A stretch of 53,636 nucleotides of DNA from Dimargaris cristalligena (taxonomy: Eukaryota): assembly GCA_003614675.1 (NCBI GenBank), contig ML002265.1, forward strand, positions 1-53,636. Direction: 5' to 3'. Position 1 is the first letter of the stretch. Each line of letters opens with the position of its first letter. Under the pieces are notes generated by a model, which was not told where the DNA came from, searched no databases, and saw only the letters and a program-made list of their open reading frames with translations. This document shows, piece after piece, positions 11,042-23,536 of the stretch. The translations under genes and the position numbers were made by a program.

Positions 11042-12061
11042 TCATTCGAGTTTGGATTTGTCCCGAAGAGCCAGTATCATGCGCGTGGCAAGCGGGTTAA
11101 ACACAAAAACGGCAAACAGAACCGCCCCCACGATGGCCACGGCTAATTTGTAGGCCTGGTACGGGATGTAGAAGTAGAGTTGCTCGAGCACAATATTGTA
11201 GTAAACGGGTTGTTTGTCCCGATCCTGAATGTGGGAAAACCCCGCATAGAGGGCCCGTACCCGTAGAAACCGGGTGACCCCGTCGGGCCGACCGGCCAAG
11301 GAAGAGGCGGGGTCGTCGGATGCGGGAGGGTCGGACTGCGTGGACGAAGCGACAATCTCCTGGGGCGTGGCCAAGGGCAAATAGTCACTGAATTGGTCCA
11401 ATTCGACGATTTCCATTTTGAAATCGGTGGGTGAGCTGGCTGGATACGATACCCGGGCCTCGTAGCTTCGGCCGGGAGCCAGATGGGCCAGGATATACCA
11501 ATGTTCGAGCGCATGGGGGCCCGTAAGGTTGGCGTTGGAGGGAGGGGGGTCCGAATGCACCACGAGGGGGTTGAAATAGGGAAGACCAAGGCGTTCAGGA
11601 GGAAAGGGGAATAGCATACGGTTGGTGAGGCCGGTGTGTTTGGGAACCATAACCGGCCTGGGGTAGACGAGGGACGGCGAAGGGGGGACGGTAGATAAGA
11701 AAGTTAATACTGGTGGGTTTTAAATATTATATATATATATATATATAATAACGCGCAGGCTGGCGTGGGTCTGTTTGAAAACCAGGCCAGTATTGGCCAG
11801 CAGTGGCAGTTAACGGTCGCCTTCTCGTCCAAACGGACCACAGCCAGAAATGTTGAGACTGGTTCACTCGGGTTTAGCATCTCGGACATACCATGACAAG
11901 TCGTTGGATAGACGTTCGACCCAGGGTTGTAGTCCGTCTTCGGTTTGGGTAGCTGGGATGGCAAAGATGCACTTTTCAGTATTGGCCAGACACAGGGAAG
12001 CGCAGAGAAGCCCCAGGAGAAGGCAGTAGTAGTACCAGCAGTGACGGGTCACGGCGCCCAT
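11042..12061 (-). CDS. Pga1-like (GPI-mannosyltransferase II co-activator-like) type I membrane protein, 261 aa; exons 12061-11892, 11657-11042
   Basis: Signal peptide then ANTEKCIF; L.PGRSYEARVSYPASSPTDF; VYYNIVLE..Y; C-terminal TM helix. GTATGT..CAG intron joins in frame. Family assignment is from recalled motifs. Confidence 0.65.
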
Positions 12062-14861
12062 GGTGTAGTTGAAGAAGCGGGAAAAGTAGAAAATGATAAC
12101 AGGTTGGCGTGAAGTAAAGCTCGGAGGGCTGCTGCAGCGCTGTTGTTCGCATTCACCAAAGAAAGGGTATATAAGGTAAGAGCTAAGTGAAAAAAAATAA
12201 TAGAGGGAATGAGGACATCAATCTGTTCAATAAGTCCGACTGGATTCTCCTTATTGGTTCATCACTCTATGCAGCTCTAAGACTCTCCAGCCAAAGTGGG
12301 GTACGCTGATTCCCTTGGCTGGGGGAGCTTCGAGGCATGCTACAGCTTGTCCCGTCGGCAACGACGGGTCGACGGGCTTCTGGCGAGGCTTCCGCTTTCC
12401 AGCTTGCTTGCGGAAGGGGGACTGGCGGGGTCTTGGTAGAATAATTTACCTCAGGGTCGAAAATGAACATTGCGCTCCTGTAGAAGTCAACCAGGGTTGG
12501 CGGGTTCCTCGTAAACTATGCAGGATATAGCAATATACGCGTCCACTAAATGGCGTAATCGACACGCAGGAACATAGATAGATAGGAGCTGCTATGGTTT
12601 ATCTACCAATCTATCTATATCCTGTGCATTATATTCCAGCCGGCTGTATTATACGGTATGCTTACGGCGGACTGGCCCCGAAATGCATACGTAGCCAACC
12701 CTTGACTAGGCTCGTCTAACACATGAATCATAGAGTGAAGTAGTTGCATAACCGCTGAGTATAGGGAGGGTTGTTTCCATTACGATGAAGAATTAGCCCT
12801 CAACTGGTCAATAATGCAGTAATTATATTTAGAGCCTAGGCCGCCCAAAGCAGCTTTTGTTCGGGACAGTTTATATGGCCATAGGTCTGTTTTCGGGAAT
12901 CATAAGTGTACCGCCACTAAGAACTGGTGCCACCGGTGTATACGCTAGGAAGCCCATGTAGCAGTACACTTTGAGACTAGGGTCCCGCTATTAGTCTAGC
13001 AGCAGCGACATTCAGGCGGTCATTAGCGTGTGCTCTATCCCCCCTCTCTAAACTACATCAGTGCCCTTCAAAAAGAGTATCATGGAGTAGATGGGGAGGT
13101 GAATAATGCTTGGGAACGGGATAGATAGAGTGGTGGTCAAATAACTCGGCTAACTTTGATATTAGTTCACGTAAGGTGTGTAACGTAGACTGCGGGAAAC
13201 AGGAAAAGGGGACAGGGACAAAAGCCGGCAGCAATAATACAATGTCTTCCATAAACCCTACTATATAACCTTGAAGGCTTCATGGGGCATGTGATGGATA
13301 TGTAATACATCTGAATGGGGGGGGAGAAGTGTGATCTGGCAGATAAATTAAGCCCGATAGTCCAATTTAAACGAGACTAGTAGAGTCGTCTAATCAGGCA
13401 GTTTCCAGGCCGGTGTGGTATGGCAATGAATATACTTTATACTACCCTAACCCCTTAAGGCCATGAATATGGGTTCTGACAGGACCGTTTAGTCACAATA
13501 ACTGTCATTACACCTCCACTAGTTTGTTATTAATGTAACTCATTATATATATATATATATAGGATACCACGTTCTTTGATTGCAATAGCGAAGTTCAAAC
13601 AACTGAACTTACAATGTACCCTCCAGCGGCCAAGTCATCACACCCACTCGCAATTCTATACCCCCCCCCATATCGCGGCTTGTTACCGGGCCATGAAACA
13701 GTAGGAGGGGGGATGGTGTTGCGTAAGGTGCCAAGGGAAATGGTTAGAAATAATGGTAGAGATAGTATGCAAAAGGAATGAGGGCACGGATTTGATGAGG
13801 AGGGGGTCCACAAGGACTGGTGACCGATAGAAATGTCTATTCAGTCGACCCCAACAGCCGCGGAAATACGATACGACGGAGGACACGGTTGCCACTTGTG
13901 CACCCCGGCAGATGAGCCGTGGCCATTTTAGGTAATGGGCTGAGGAAACCATATGACTTTAGTAGTCATATATAATTTTAGTGACGGGAAGGATTGCTGC
14001 AGCTGGGGGAGGCAGGAAGTCTGGGCTTATCTAGCGTTGGGGGAAGTGGTGGTGGCGGCTGGATCAAGATAGCGAGGTGTGTGAAGTTTTCGTATATGGC
14101 TTTCCTATGCTATTTAGTTTATCCGCGATAGAGGACTGCGAGGGGCTTGCGCACGGGTTGTTTCATAGATAGGGCGTATACAGAACAAGGAATCTTTTGT
14201 ATAGAGTCGCGCAGCTATTTATTTTACATTAACTTGGCACAGTTGGCGGGGGTAGATCAGTCGCAAGCTGAGACGACGGGCCATCCACGAACATTATATG
14301 GTACCAAGGGGCTTCGCTGATCCACAGGGAGCGGCCCTTCGTTCTCCCCTTTGTCTAGCCAAAGGCAGAGGAGCTTAGCTGATGGAAAGCTAGGAGGAGA
14401 CCGTTGCGAACACGGCAGCCCCCTCTTTTCTAACCCTTCTAGTCAGCAAGGTCGTAATGGACTGTGAAAAAAACCCCCCCGAAAATAAGACGGAGAGGAG
14501 GAAGAGTGGTGTCCTCTCCTTCAAGTCGCACAAAGCGCTGCCTACCTAATTGAGGGGCCGGAAAGACCCAACCAGCTGCCGTCTCATTTATCTGTGCGAC
14601 CCAAGTCAACGGAAGAACGGAGGAGGTTGCACGACCGCTGCTAACCCTGCCAGAAGCTGCTGTTTATTGGTACTGACACTGCCGTGGCCACGACGACGGC
14701 AACGGCAACAACAACGGTGCCGACGGAGGCGGACGGGACAGGTCCGGTGGCTAAGCAAGCAAGAAAGAGAGAAAGACAGGGTCATTTTTTCGGTGGAGTG
14801 TGCGTGTGCACATCTCCTACCGAATCCCGCTTATGGCTGAGCTTAGTATAGCGCATGGGCA

Positions 14862-14872
14862 TATATATAAAA
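14862..14872 (+). promoter_or_regulatory. Candidate TATA box upstream of hexokinase
   Basis: TATATATAAAA about 290 bp upstream of ATG 15156. Confidence 0.4.
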
Positions 14873-15155
14873 GTATGCGCGCCCCTGGCACCTCCCCACA
14901 TTGATTATTGTTCCCATCTGAAACCGCATGTCTTTAACCCTAACCCCCACCATAGTATCCCCGCATAGTAGTAGTATTAGTAGTATTGGTAGTAGTGTAT
15001 AGCCCTCGCCTTCCCCGCTCCATATCGAGTCACTATCTTATATTACCCACCCACTTGGTTGTCTTCTTCTTAGCTAAGCGACTTCCCCCCTTATCCTTCC
15101 ACACCCCTTCACCTAGCCTGTCTATTGTCTGTCTCCCCCCCTCTCGTAACGTACC

Positions 15156-16583
15156 ATGGCCTCGCTCGACATCCCCTCGGCTTCAACCGCCCAGTTGGAC
15201 GCCCTCAAGGAACTCAAGTCCTCCTTCACCCTAACCACCGATCGCCTCCACCGAATCGTCGAAGGTTTCGTGCACAGCATGAACGAAGGTCTGGAGAAAG
15301 ACGGCAAGAACCTGGCCATGATTCCCTCCTACGTCAAGACCCGCCCCACCGGTGATGAGAAGGGCACCTACCTGGCCCTCGACCTGGGCGGCACCAACCT
15401 GCGTGTCTGCGAAGTGTCCCTCAAGGGCGACAGCCAGTTCGACATTGTCCAACAGAAGTTCACCATTCCCCAGGCCATCAAACACAGCAACGCCCGCACC
15501 TTCTTTGACTGGATCGCTGACTGCGTGTCCGTGTTCCTGACCGACCACGATAAGGAGCCTAGCCCCACGGGTTTGGATATCCCCCTGGGCTTCACTTTTT
15601 CGTTCGCCGTGGCTCAGTCCTCCATTAACCGGGGTACGTTGATCATGTGGAACAAGGGCTTCACCGTCGAGGGGGTGGTGGGTCGGGACGTGGTGCTCCT
15701 GCTCCAGGATGCCCTGAAGCGTAAGCACCTGCGCGTGTCCGTCGCCGCCCTGGTCAACGACACCGTCGGGGCTTTGATGACCAGCGCCTATCAGCACCCG
15801 TCGTCCCTCATGGGCGTGATCTTCGGTACCGGTACCAACGCCGCCTATTTTGAAAAAGCCGGCCGTATCCCCAAGTGGATCCAGTCGGCCGACGGCGCCC
15901 GCGACGCTGCTGATGTGGACGAAATGGTCATCAACATGGAGTGGGGCGGTTTCGACAACGACAAGGATGTCCTGCCCCTCACTTTTTTTGACAACGGAGT
16001 GGACCGCGAGACCCAGAACCCCGGCAAGCAGATCTTCGAAAAGATGATCTCCGGCTTATACTTGGGCGAAGTGACCCGTAAGGTGCTGCTGCACCTAGTG
16101 GACCGCCGGTTGCTCTTCAACGGCCGGTCCTCCACCGAACTCAACCAGCCCTACAGCTTCGACACCGCCTACATGTCCACCATCGTCGCTGATGAGACCC
16201 CCGATTTGGCCGATACCCAGTACACCCTCGAGTCCGTGCTCCTGCTGCCCCCCACCACCCCCGCCGACCGCGCCATGGTCAAGGCCGTTTGCTACATGCT
16301 GGGTCTGCGCGCCGCCCGGCTCTCCGCCGCCGCACTGGCCTCCGTGCTCACCGTGCGCAAGGATGTCCTCAGTGCCAGTAAGACCACCATCGGCATCGAC
16401 GGCTCCATGTACGAGTTCTATCCCAGCTTTGAGCGCTTCCTGATGGAGGCCATGGCCGAAATCCTGGGCGAGAAACTCGCTCAGAACATCCACACCACCC
16501 TCTCCAAGGACGGCAGTGGGGTGGGTGCCGCCATCGTGGCCATGGTGGCCGATAAACAGCGGGAGATGTTCGGTCACAACTAA
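15156..16583 (+). CDS. HXK: Hexokinase/glucokinase, 475 aa, intronless
   Basis: LALDLGGTNLRV, LGFTFSF, VNDTVG, GTGTNAAY, INMEWG, FEKMISGLYLGE, DGSGVGAA motifs. Confidence 0.97.
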   Translation: MASLDIPSASTAQLDALKELKSSFTLTTDRLHRIVEGFVHSMNEGLEKDGKNLAMIPSYVKTRPTGDEKGTYLALDLGGTNLRVCEVSLKGDSQFDIVQQKFTIPQAIKHSNARTFFDWIADCVSVFLTDHDKEPSPTGLDIPLGFTFSFAVAQSSINRGTLIMWNKGFTVEGVVGRDVVLLLQDALKRKHLRVSVAALVNDTVGALMTSAYQHPSSLMGVIFGTGTNAAYFEKAGRIPKWIQSADGARDAADVDEMVINMEWGGFDNDKDVLPLTFFDNGVDRETQNPGKQIFEKMISGLYLGEVTRKVLLHLVDRRLLFNGRSSTELNQPYSFDTAYMSTIVADETPDLADTQYTLESVLLLPPTTPADRAMVKAVCYMLGLRAARLSAAALASVLTVRKDVLSASKTTIGIDGSMYEFYPSFERFLMEAMAEILGEKLAQNIHTTLSKDGSGVGAAIVAMVADKQREMFGHN

Positions 16584-17399
16584 GTAGGGGTTAGTTGGCG
16601 AGGAGAGGAATGGGTCCATTTCTCCTACGACCATTTCATCCGCATGGCACTTCCCCAGACCAACATGTACTTTTGGTCTGCTCTGTACTTTTTTAATCCT
16701 TCTCTTATCTTGCGCGAAAAAACCTACATTTGGATGTATGTGGTATCTCCATGGCGATTTATAGAGGTATATCCATTTTTATATCTATATCCACATTCTA
16801 GTATATCTGTTGTACTTTGTCCTTTTTTATTTTATTATTCTTATTAGTAATCCTACTTTTGGCACTCTTTATACATAGGTTTATAAATATACCTTCATTA
16901 ATGATGTTGTTTAAAAAAATTGATATACTAAATTAACTAAGGGACGTATCAAATAGCTATTACGTTAGTTATAGTAAAGTTAACCATGGCTTACTACAGG
17001 GAGTGGAGGGTTAGTGTATGTTTGTGGGGGCGGTGTATGGTTGGGAGGCAAACAAAGAAAGTAAATACAGGGGAGGAATTCTCATAGGCCGTTTTTCCCA
17101 TCCCCCAGAGCAGAGCATATGCCGCCTAATCAACATAAATCGGACCCAACATCGGCAGTACCGAAAGACCCTAGAAAAAGCGATCCAATCCCATCGATTA
17201 CTCCACACCCATTTAAATCTCAACAATGCCCTGGATCTACCCCTCCATCAATAAAGGGAGCGGACCCTGTATCTCGGGAAAACCTATTACCCATTAGCCC
17301 CCCTCCCCTACATACATTGCAGTATACTACAATAGTAGTTAACGGATCGGGTGGGCAAACCAGCCCCCTCCTATTGGGAGGTGTAAGTTCTAGGGTATT

Positions 17400-18601
17400 T
17401 TATCCTGCCTGTGGTGCGGAGTCCACGGTGCCGGCAATGATCATATCGTTACCCAGCTGCTGAACCTGGGCCAGGGCCAGGCTCGGAAGAGCCATCGCTC
17501 CCCCAGTCTCGGTGGTCGGGGACTTCCTCGGTGTGACCGCTGTGCCCTCGGGACCAACCCATTTGGGAGCCACCGTGATAATACAGCGCACATCCGGGCG
17601 ATTGGACTGCTGGGTCTTCCGAATGGGAGTGGTGGCTGCGTAAGTTAAGAACTGGTCAATCACGCGGGCCCCGCCCTCGACCATCACCCGCCGAATTCCG
17701 TTGGTCCCTAAACATTGGAGGATGCTCTTGACGGATATGATACGGCTGTTATTGCCATTACCATGCCCATTATTATGATCATGGGAGTTGTTATCCGGGT
17801 GATCCGTGGGTGCGGGCAGCTCATCGATTATGAAGATACGGGCACCGGCCCCTTCGAGTAGTATTTTGCTGTCCAGATTGTATTGACCGGTGGTGAGAAT
17901 CCAGGGGAGTTTGGCCGCGGGATTGTCGAACCGGGCGGTCATTAGGGCACAGGAAAGGGGAGTTTTTAGCGTGGAATCCAGAATAACGGGCTGGGGATTT
18001 TCCAAGGGGGTGTTGGGAGCACACATGCGCGCTATGTATGTATGGAGGGAGGTGTGGTTGGATATAGATGGGTATGTATAATGTTTTGTATAAATATATA
18101 TGCATAGTGGTAAATCATTTAGTTAGGCGCCATAACTAATATCAGTGGGGATCAGCGAGAGTAGGATAGGGAAATATAACCATCTCACTCTACACCGCGA
18201 CCCAGCCCAGGTTTTGTTCGTAGCGTGCTATATATGGAGCAGGGAGGGAGGGGGGTTCCAGTTAGTCAGGAGGACTCATAATAAGATAGTGGCAGTTGAC
18301 GGGTGGTTAGTTATAATGCCAAAGGACGCTTACCAGTTAAACGAGGATTATCGTTTAGTACAGTTTGCACGCCCACTAATATAGCGTCGTGGGTGGTACG
18401 GAGCTGGTGAGTCATGGCCATGGACTGAGGGCCGCTGAGTATCAGTTGCTGGCCTCGCGGACCAGCTATTTTGCCGTCCAGGCTCTGGGCATAGGTCAAG
18501 GTCACGGAGGGTAAGGGAGCAGCGGACGGAGGGGGAGGAAGTGCCTGGTCCAGAAAGCGAGTGATGTCGGACCACGGAATAGGAGCGGAGGTAGAGGTCA
18601 T
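17400..18601 (-). CDS. RIB7: RibD C-terminal-type reductase of riboflavin biosynthesis, 299 aa; exons 18601-18334, 18031-17400
   Basis: VTLTYAQSLDGKIA, THQLR..HDAILVGVQTVLNDNPRL, PQPVILDS, VMVEGGARVI. GTAAGC..TAG intron joins in frame. Confidence 0.9.
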
Positions 18602-19180
18602 GGTGTTCGGGAGGTTCGCAGGTAAAGAAGGACAAGAGAAAACGCGAATGGAGAGGTATAATAGTACATGTAAAAGGGAAAAGAGGTAGGGGGAGGAGAG
18701 GAGAGGGTTCGTTTTGGGAAGGACGGCCCAAACCGGTGGGTTCAGGTGGGTGTCGCAGCATATAGTATAGTTATCCCCTTGTTGGGTGGTCAAGTCGAAA
18801 ACTCTCCGAAGTCCGTGTCTCTTATCTTAATGCTTTTTTCGCCTAGTAGAGTAGTGACATCCTATAGAGAAAGTGCAAGGTGTGAGGAAAGTCGCTTCCC
18901 CTGGCCCGGTGGGACTTTTTTTAGTCCAAAGGTGGGACAATAAATGCTTTCCAGTCCGGACTTTAAAAGTGGCGCATACGAGGGAGATTGCAGGCTATTA
19001 GACCAATGAGAGAAAGAGTGAGCGAGCATAACAGCCGAATCTAGGCCCCAGTAAAGCTCTCCCTCATTATTAGCCTACTGCAACCACCACCACCATTCGC
19101 TGTATTCCCATCCCTTTGGCCTTTTCGGTTGTTTTTTATAGACTGTTTCTATCTACACTACTCCTTCGCATCCGGTAACC

Positions 19181-21002
19181 ATGGCTACCGCCGCCCCGAG
19201 CAAGTATGCCACTCTTCCCGATATTGTAAGTCCAACTGGCTCATCCTCGAAGCAACGCCGCTTTCTGCCCCGTACCCAGCCGTCGGGATATATATATATG
19301 TGCTGGCCAACCTAACCTAACCCTACCCTTTACCCAATACTACACCCGCATGTGCCTACTAGGACACCCAACCCGATGTCTACGAGACCACGGTGACCGA
19401 CGGCCTTGCCCCCTACTCGTTCCTCAAGGTACGCTCCCCCCTTGCTATCATTTTCCGGCCAACTTCGTTCATTACACCCCCACCCATATCCCTGGATAGC
19501 GCCATTATCTTTATTAAAAATGCGCTTCGCTAGAACCACCTCCTTCCTTCCTAATCAGCCTAAACCCGAACCCCACCCGCCATATACTCCCTGCCTCTAT
19601 ACACCAGCCCCAAGAAGCCGAAGTCTACAACGAGGATATTGACATCCGCACTGTGCCCGCCCGCCAGGCCCTCGACAAATTCCGGGAATCGACCGGTGAG
19701 CCCAGCGGCACCAACCCCATTCCCCCGCAGGTCCGTCGCCACCGGGCCACCTTGTACCGTAACTATCTCCTAAACACCCTGCCCAACGCCGGTGAGTACC
19801 AAATTGACCTTTCCACCACACCGCTCCACGAAACGCCCAGTCAGAAATTACAGCGCCTCCTCTTCGAAACCCAGGAACTGGCCGACACCCTCCAAGCCGC
19901 TGAGGCGGAGGATTCCGGTACCGATACCAAAGCCGTGCCCGACGCCGACGGGAAAAGAACCCAGCCCAATTTATTCACGCAAGTCACTATTCTGCAGAAT
20001 GAACTAGCGTCGCTGGCCACCCGAACCCAGAACCCAAATGGCCAGCGTTCGGCTATATTCAAAACGGGCGCCGGTAAAACATTGCTCGATGGTCTGCAGC
20101 GGCTGAACGTGGACAAGGCGTCGGCTGAATCAACGGGTGTGAAAGAGGCCTCACCAGCTACCACCGAATCGGTAAGTCTTATTGAATAGTCCCCCGACTT
20201 ATTTATTACATATTTTTGCAAGCTCTGGCCCCGGTACTTCATTTATCTCTAAGCACAGCCCATCGAAATATCTTCTATATCCCGCCATGAGTAAGGGTCG
20301 CCGTTACCTATCTTTTTTAAATACCATCTCATTATTATATCCAAGCCCATTGTTTACCCCTATTTCGGCGTACCCACCTCCTCATGGGTATCATCCTAGT
20401 CGGCTGCCCCGGCCCAGGAATCATCCTATATTAGCCAGCTGGAAAAGCGCATCGCCGACCTGGAATCCCTGCTTGGCCTTACTTCGGCCTCGAGCGACCC
20501 CAACCAACTCCAAGGCCGCGGCATTCTTTTTGTCATGCAAGACCTGGAAAGTAAAGTAAAGCTCCTGGCCCAACCCCACCATCTGGACGGCCTTTCCCGG
20601 CGCACCAAAGTGCTCACCCAGGAGTTGGAGAAGCTGGCCGCCGCCCGGGCCCGCACCGAAAACTCGAGCCACCTGGACGATGAAGTGTTGGAAAAAATCA
20701 ATACCCTGTTTGGTCTGGTGGGTAAAATCGACCCCCTCATCGATACCGTACCTAGTGTAGTGGCCCGTCTGCAATCCCTGCAATCATTGCACTTGGACGC
20801 GTCGCTGGTCAGCCAGAACCTGCGCCAATGCACCCAGGAGCAAACTAAATTTGGGGAGGATACCAAAGCACTGCTGGATATTAGTAACCAACTGCAGGAC
20901 AACATTCGGACGAATACGGCCACTATTCAATCGAATGTGGAGAGCCTTGATGTCCGTATTACTGACCTGGTTCAACGGGCCGAGAAACTCAAGGCCCCGT
21001 AG
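19181..21002 (+). CDS. DCTN2: Dynactin subunit 2 (dynamitin/p50); exons about 19181-19225, 19363-19428, 19608-20171, 20400-21002
   Basis: KYATLPDI-DTQPDVYET N-terminus, ETPSQKLQRL, LEKRIADLESLLG, VVARLQSLQSLH. All joins are phase-0 GT-AG. Confidence 0.88.
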
Positions 21003-21794
21003 ACGACGACGGGCCCCACATTTATACAGTAAATTGGGTGAGGGAGCATTCCCTCCCTAAATATACCTTCTCATCTTCAGCACACCATTTATATACTTCT
21101 TTGATGTGTCGTTTTTCTCCAATAGTCGAACCGCAATATTCCTAGTACTCCCCACCCCTTCGCCCCATTATTTTTTATGGACTAGTTGTCTCTCGCAATC
21201 TAGGATAAAAAAAGACTATAGGCATACCATTCACCTACATTGATATTTCATGCGCGACATGCGAATACATGCGGACAGCACCAGTTTCCATGAATTAGTG
21301 AATCCTTCAACATCCTTTTAATACCAGAAATCCACAATAAATTGAAAAACGCTGATATTTGGAAATATCTTTAGTATTTAACCAATTGATGTAAAATACG
21401 CGGCAGGGCTATTGCAATTTTTAACCTTGACTTTAGCTTACCACTCGTTTCCTGCCAATAGCGGTATATATTGCAGTCAACATCACCATCCGGCTGTTAC
21501 AAGCCCAATAGAGAGTGATAAATAGAACATAGCAGCCACACCATACTATTTAATTCCACACACACTCTAATTTTTGACTGTGCGAATTAGTTTCAGACCA
21601 GTCTATTTCATGGGGCTGTCCTTTTTTTCTTTCTTTCTTTCCTATTCCTCCATTCCAGGCTTCTTTGACTTCGTCTATTTTTGACCATTCATTCAACCAT
21701 TTCTCCCTGTTCCTGCCCAGAGGGCTTTCTATAGTCCCCCCTTTAGTCTAGACTACGCGTATCTATAAGTCTTTTTTATATAGCTATAACTATA

Positions 21795-22778
21795 ATGTCA
21801 CTCGACCCTACTCACCCGAGGTACCCCAAACAGTATGAGGGCCAAATTCGGTACCCGTGCTTGGTGCAACGGACAGGGCCCATTGAGGAGGTGTATTTCC
21901 GCTGCGAGCGTAAACGGTTGCGATTCCAAGCGCATAAACGAGCCCGGGATCGGCGAGTGGCCCGCCGCTTGGCTAATTTAGGCGACGAGCACCTCGGTCC
22001 AGCCGATACCACCAAAATCTGCATATTGTCCAGCGACCTGCCGCCTATTCCACCCTTCACGCGGAAAAGAACCGCCGAGGAAGAGGCTGGCCTCGTCATC
22101 AAAGTGCTGAAAAGCGAGAGAGTGGCCGATGTCAAAGGTGAAGCCGAAGCCGAAGACGGAGACGGAGAAGAAGATGCCGACGACGACAACGCAATAATAG
22201 TGAAAGAAGAGATGGAAATCCCCCTGGTCCTCTCTCAAACCCAGCAGCAGCCCATGCTTCCCTTGTCTCCCTCCGCATTATCAGCTGACGAAGACCGCGA
22301 TGGTTCAGCCGCCGTACCACCCAAAGGAGTCGCTGGCTCAGGGCTACCTCCGTCACGTTTGGGTGACTTGCACCAGCCGTACACCACGTCCAAGTTTATC
22401 GGAGGCACTTTTGACCAGCCAACGTTTCGGATTCTATTCCCCGAACAGGGCAAGGATACGTCGCCTTGGGACACTAAATACGGCCACTTGCTTAACCAGC
22501 GGCCGGCTTTACCGGAGGACAACCCGACCAGAGGCGGCAGTGGTCCGCCGACTACTACTACTACTACTACTACTACTCCGTTGCCCGACTTGGATCTTCC
22601 GTCGTACGACCTTATTCACCACCTCCACGGCACGGCATCCATTTATACCCAGCTCCACGGGATGCAGCGGCTACAGGGAAGCCTAACCCCGAGCTCGATG
22701 GTTTGCTTTGCCATCATGATTCAGGAATACGCCCGCCATTTGCTAAAACACGACACCCACCCTAAACCTCCCCAATAA
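21795..22778 (+). CDS. Hypothetical protein, 327 aa, with a C-terminal region resembling the UAF subunit Rrn10
   Basis: Long ORF with coding-like composition. LPSYDLIHHLHGTASIY...SLTPSSMVCFAIMIQEYARHLL resembles the recalled Rrn10 pattern LP.SDLL..IH.YAS...S.DE.AL...GIL.EE. Confidence 0.55.
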   Translation: MSLDPTHPRYPKQYEGQIRYPCLVQRTGPIEEVYFRCERKRLRFQAHKRARDRRVARRLANLGDEHLGPADTTKICILSSDLPPIPPFTRKRTAEEEAGLVIKVLKSERVADVKGEAEAEDGDGEEDADDDNAIIVKEEMEIPLVLSQTQQQPMLPLSPSALSADEDRDGSAAVPPKGVAGSGLPPSRLGDLHQPYTTSKFIGGTFDQPTFRILFPEQGKDTSPWDTKYGHLLNQRPALPEDNPTRGGSGPPTTTTTTTTTPLPDLDLPSYDLIHHLHGTASIYTQLHGMQRLQGSLTPSSMVCFAIMIQEYARHLLKHDTHPKPPQ

Positions 22779-23536
22779 CCACACTTATATGGGTAAAATT
22801 CAAACCAGCTGTATAAGGTTTTACAATATACGTGTATGGGCGAATATATGTGAGAATAGCTTTTAACCAGTAATATTGGCCGCATCCAATGGATTTTTCA
22901 TTATACAGCCTGAATGACCTTCTCCCATATTGTACTTTTAATAAACTATTTTCAGGCATTACTATTCGGCCGATCCCCCCTCTAGTTAAACAAATAGTCG
23001 TTGGCTAGATTTGTAATATTGAATAAGTCCAGTCATAACGAATCTAGTCTAAATGATCGTCTTATACAGAGTAGTGGTAATTGTGCAAGGTTTCAGAAGA
23101 TATGTGAGTCAACTGGATTGAGTAAATTAGAGAGTATCCACGATAAATTACAGATCTTACTAGACCTTGTATGTACCAGACTGTCTCAACTATATATAGG
23201 GCAGTACCCATACCATAGATCTTAAATAGTGGGTGATATTTCCTCACCATTAGAAACCAACCAAATTTCCCACCTAAGCAAGGCCAACGCTACGAAGCAG
23301 TTAACCAGGTCAATACCATTCCATCCATTTGTTGGCTTTCTTACGATACCCAAGCATTTCCATTCCACTCTTTACATCGGTTTAGTATTTCTTGAAAAAT
23401 TCTTATTATCAAACCCGCTAATCGATAGGTTATTGCTACTACCAACCCAGGGCCTCTCTCTCTCATTCGGGTCCGCTCTACTAAAAATTCACTTCGTACC
23501 CACATCCGGGACACTTACCCATCGCAAACCTTAGCC

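Noticed and set aside
14590-14790. GC-rich (CAA/CGA/CGG) repeat stretch and short Arg/Cys-rich ORFs upstream of hexokinase
   Set aside because: Low-complexity promoter-region sequence; no coding signature or splice support.
20258-20290. Possible extra micro-exon in dynamitin intron 3
   Set aside because: It would change phase; the direct 20171-to-20400 splice is already in frame.
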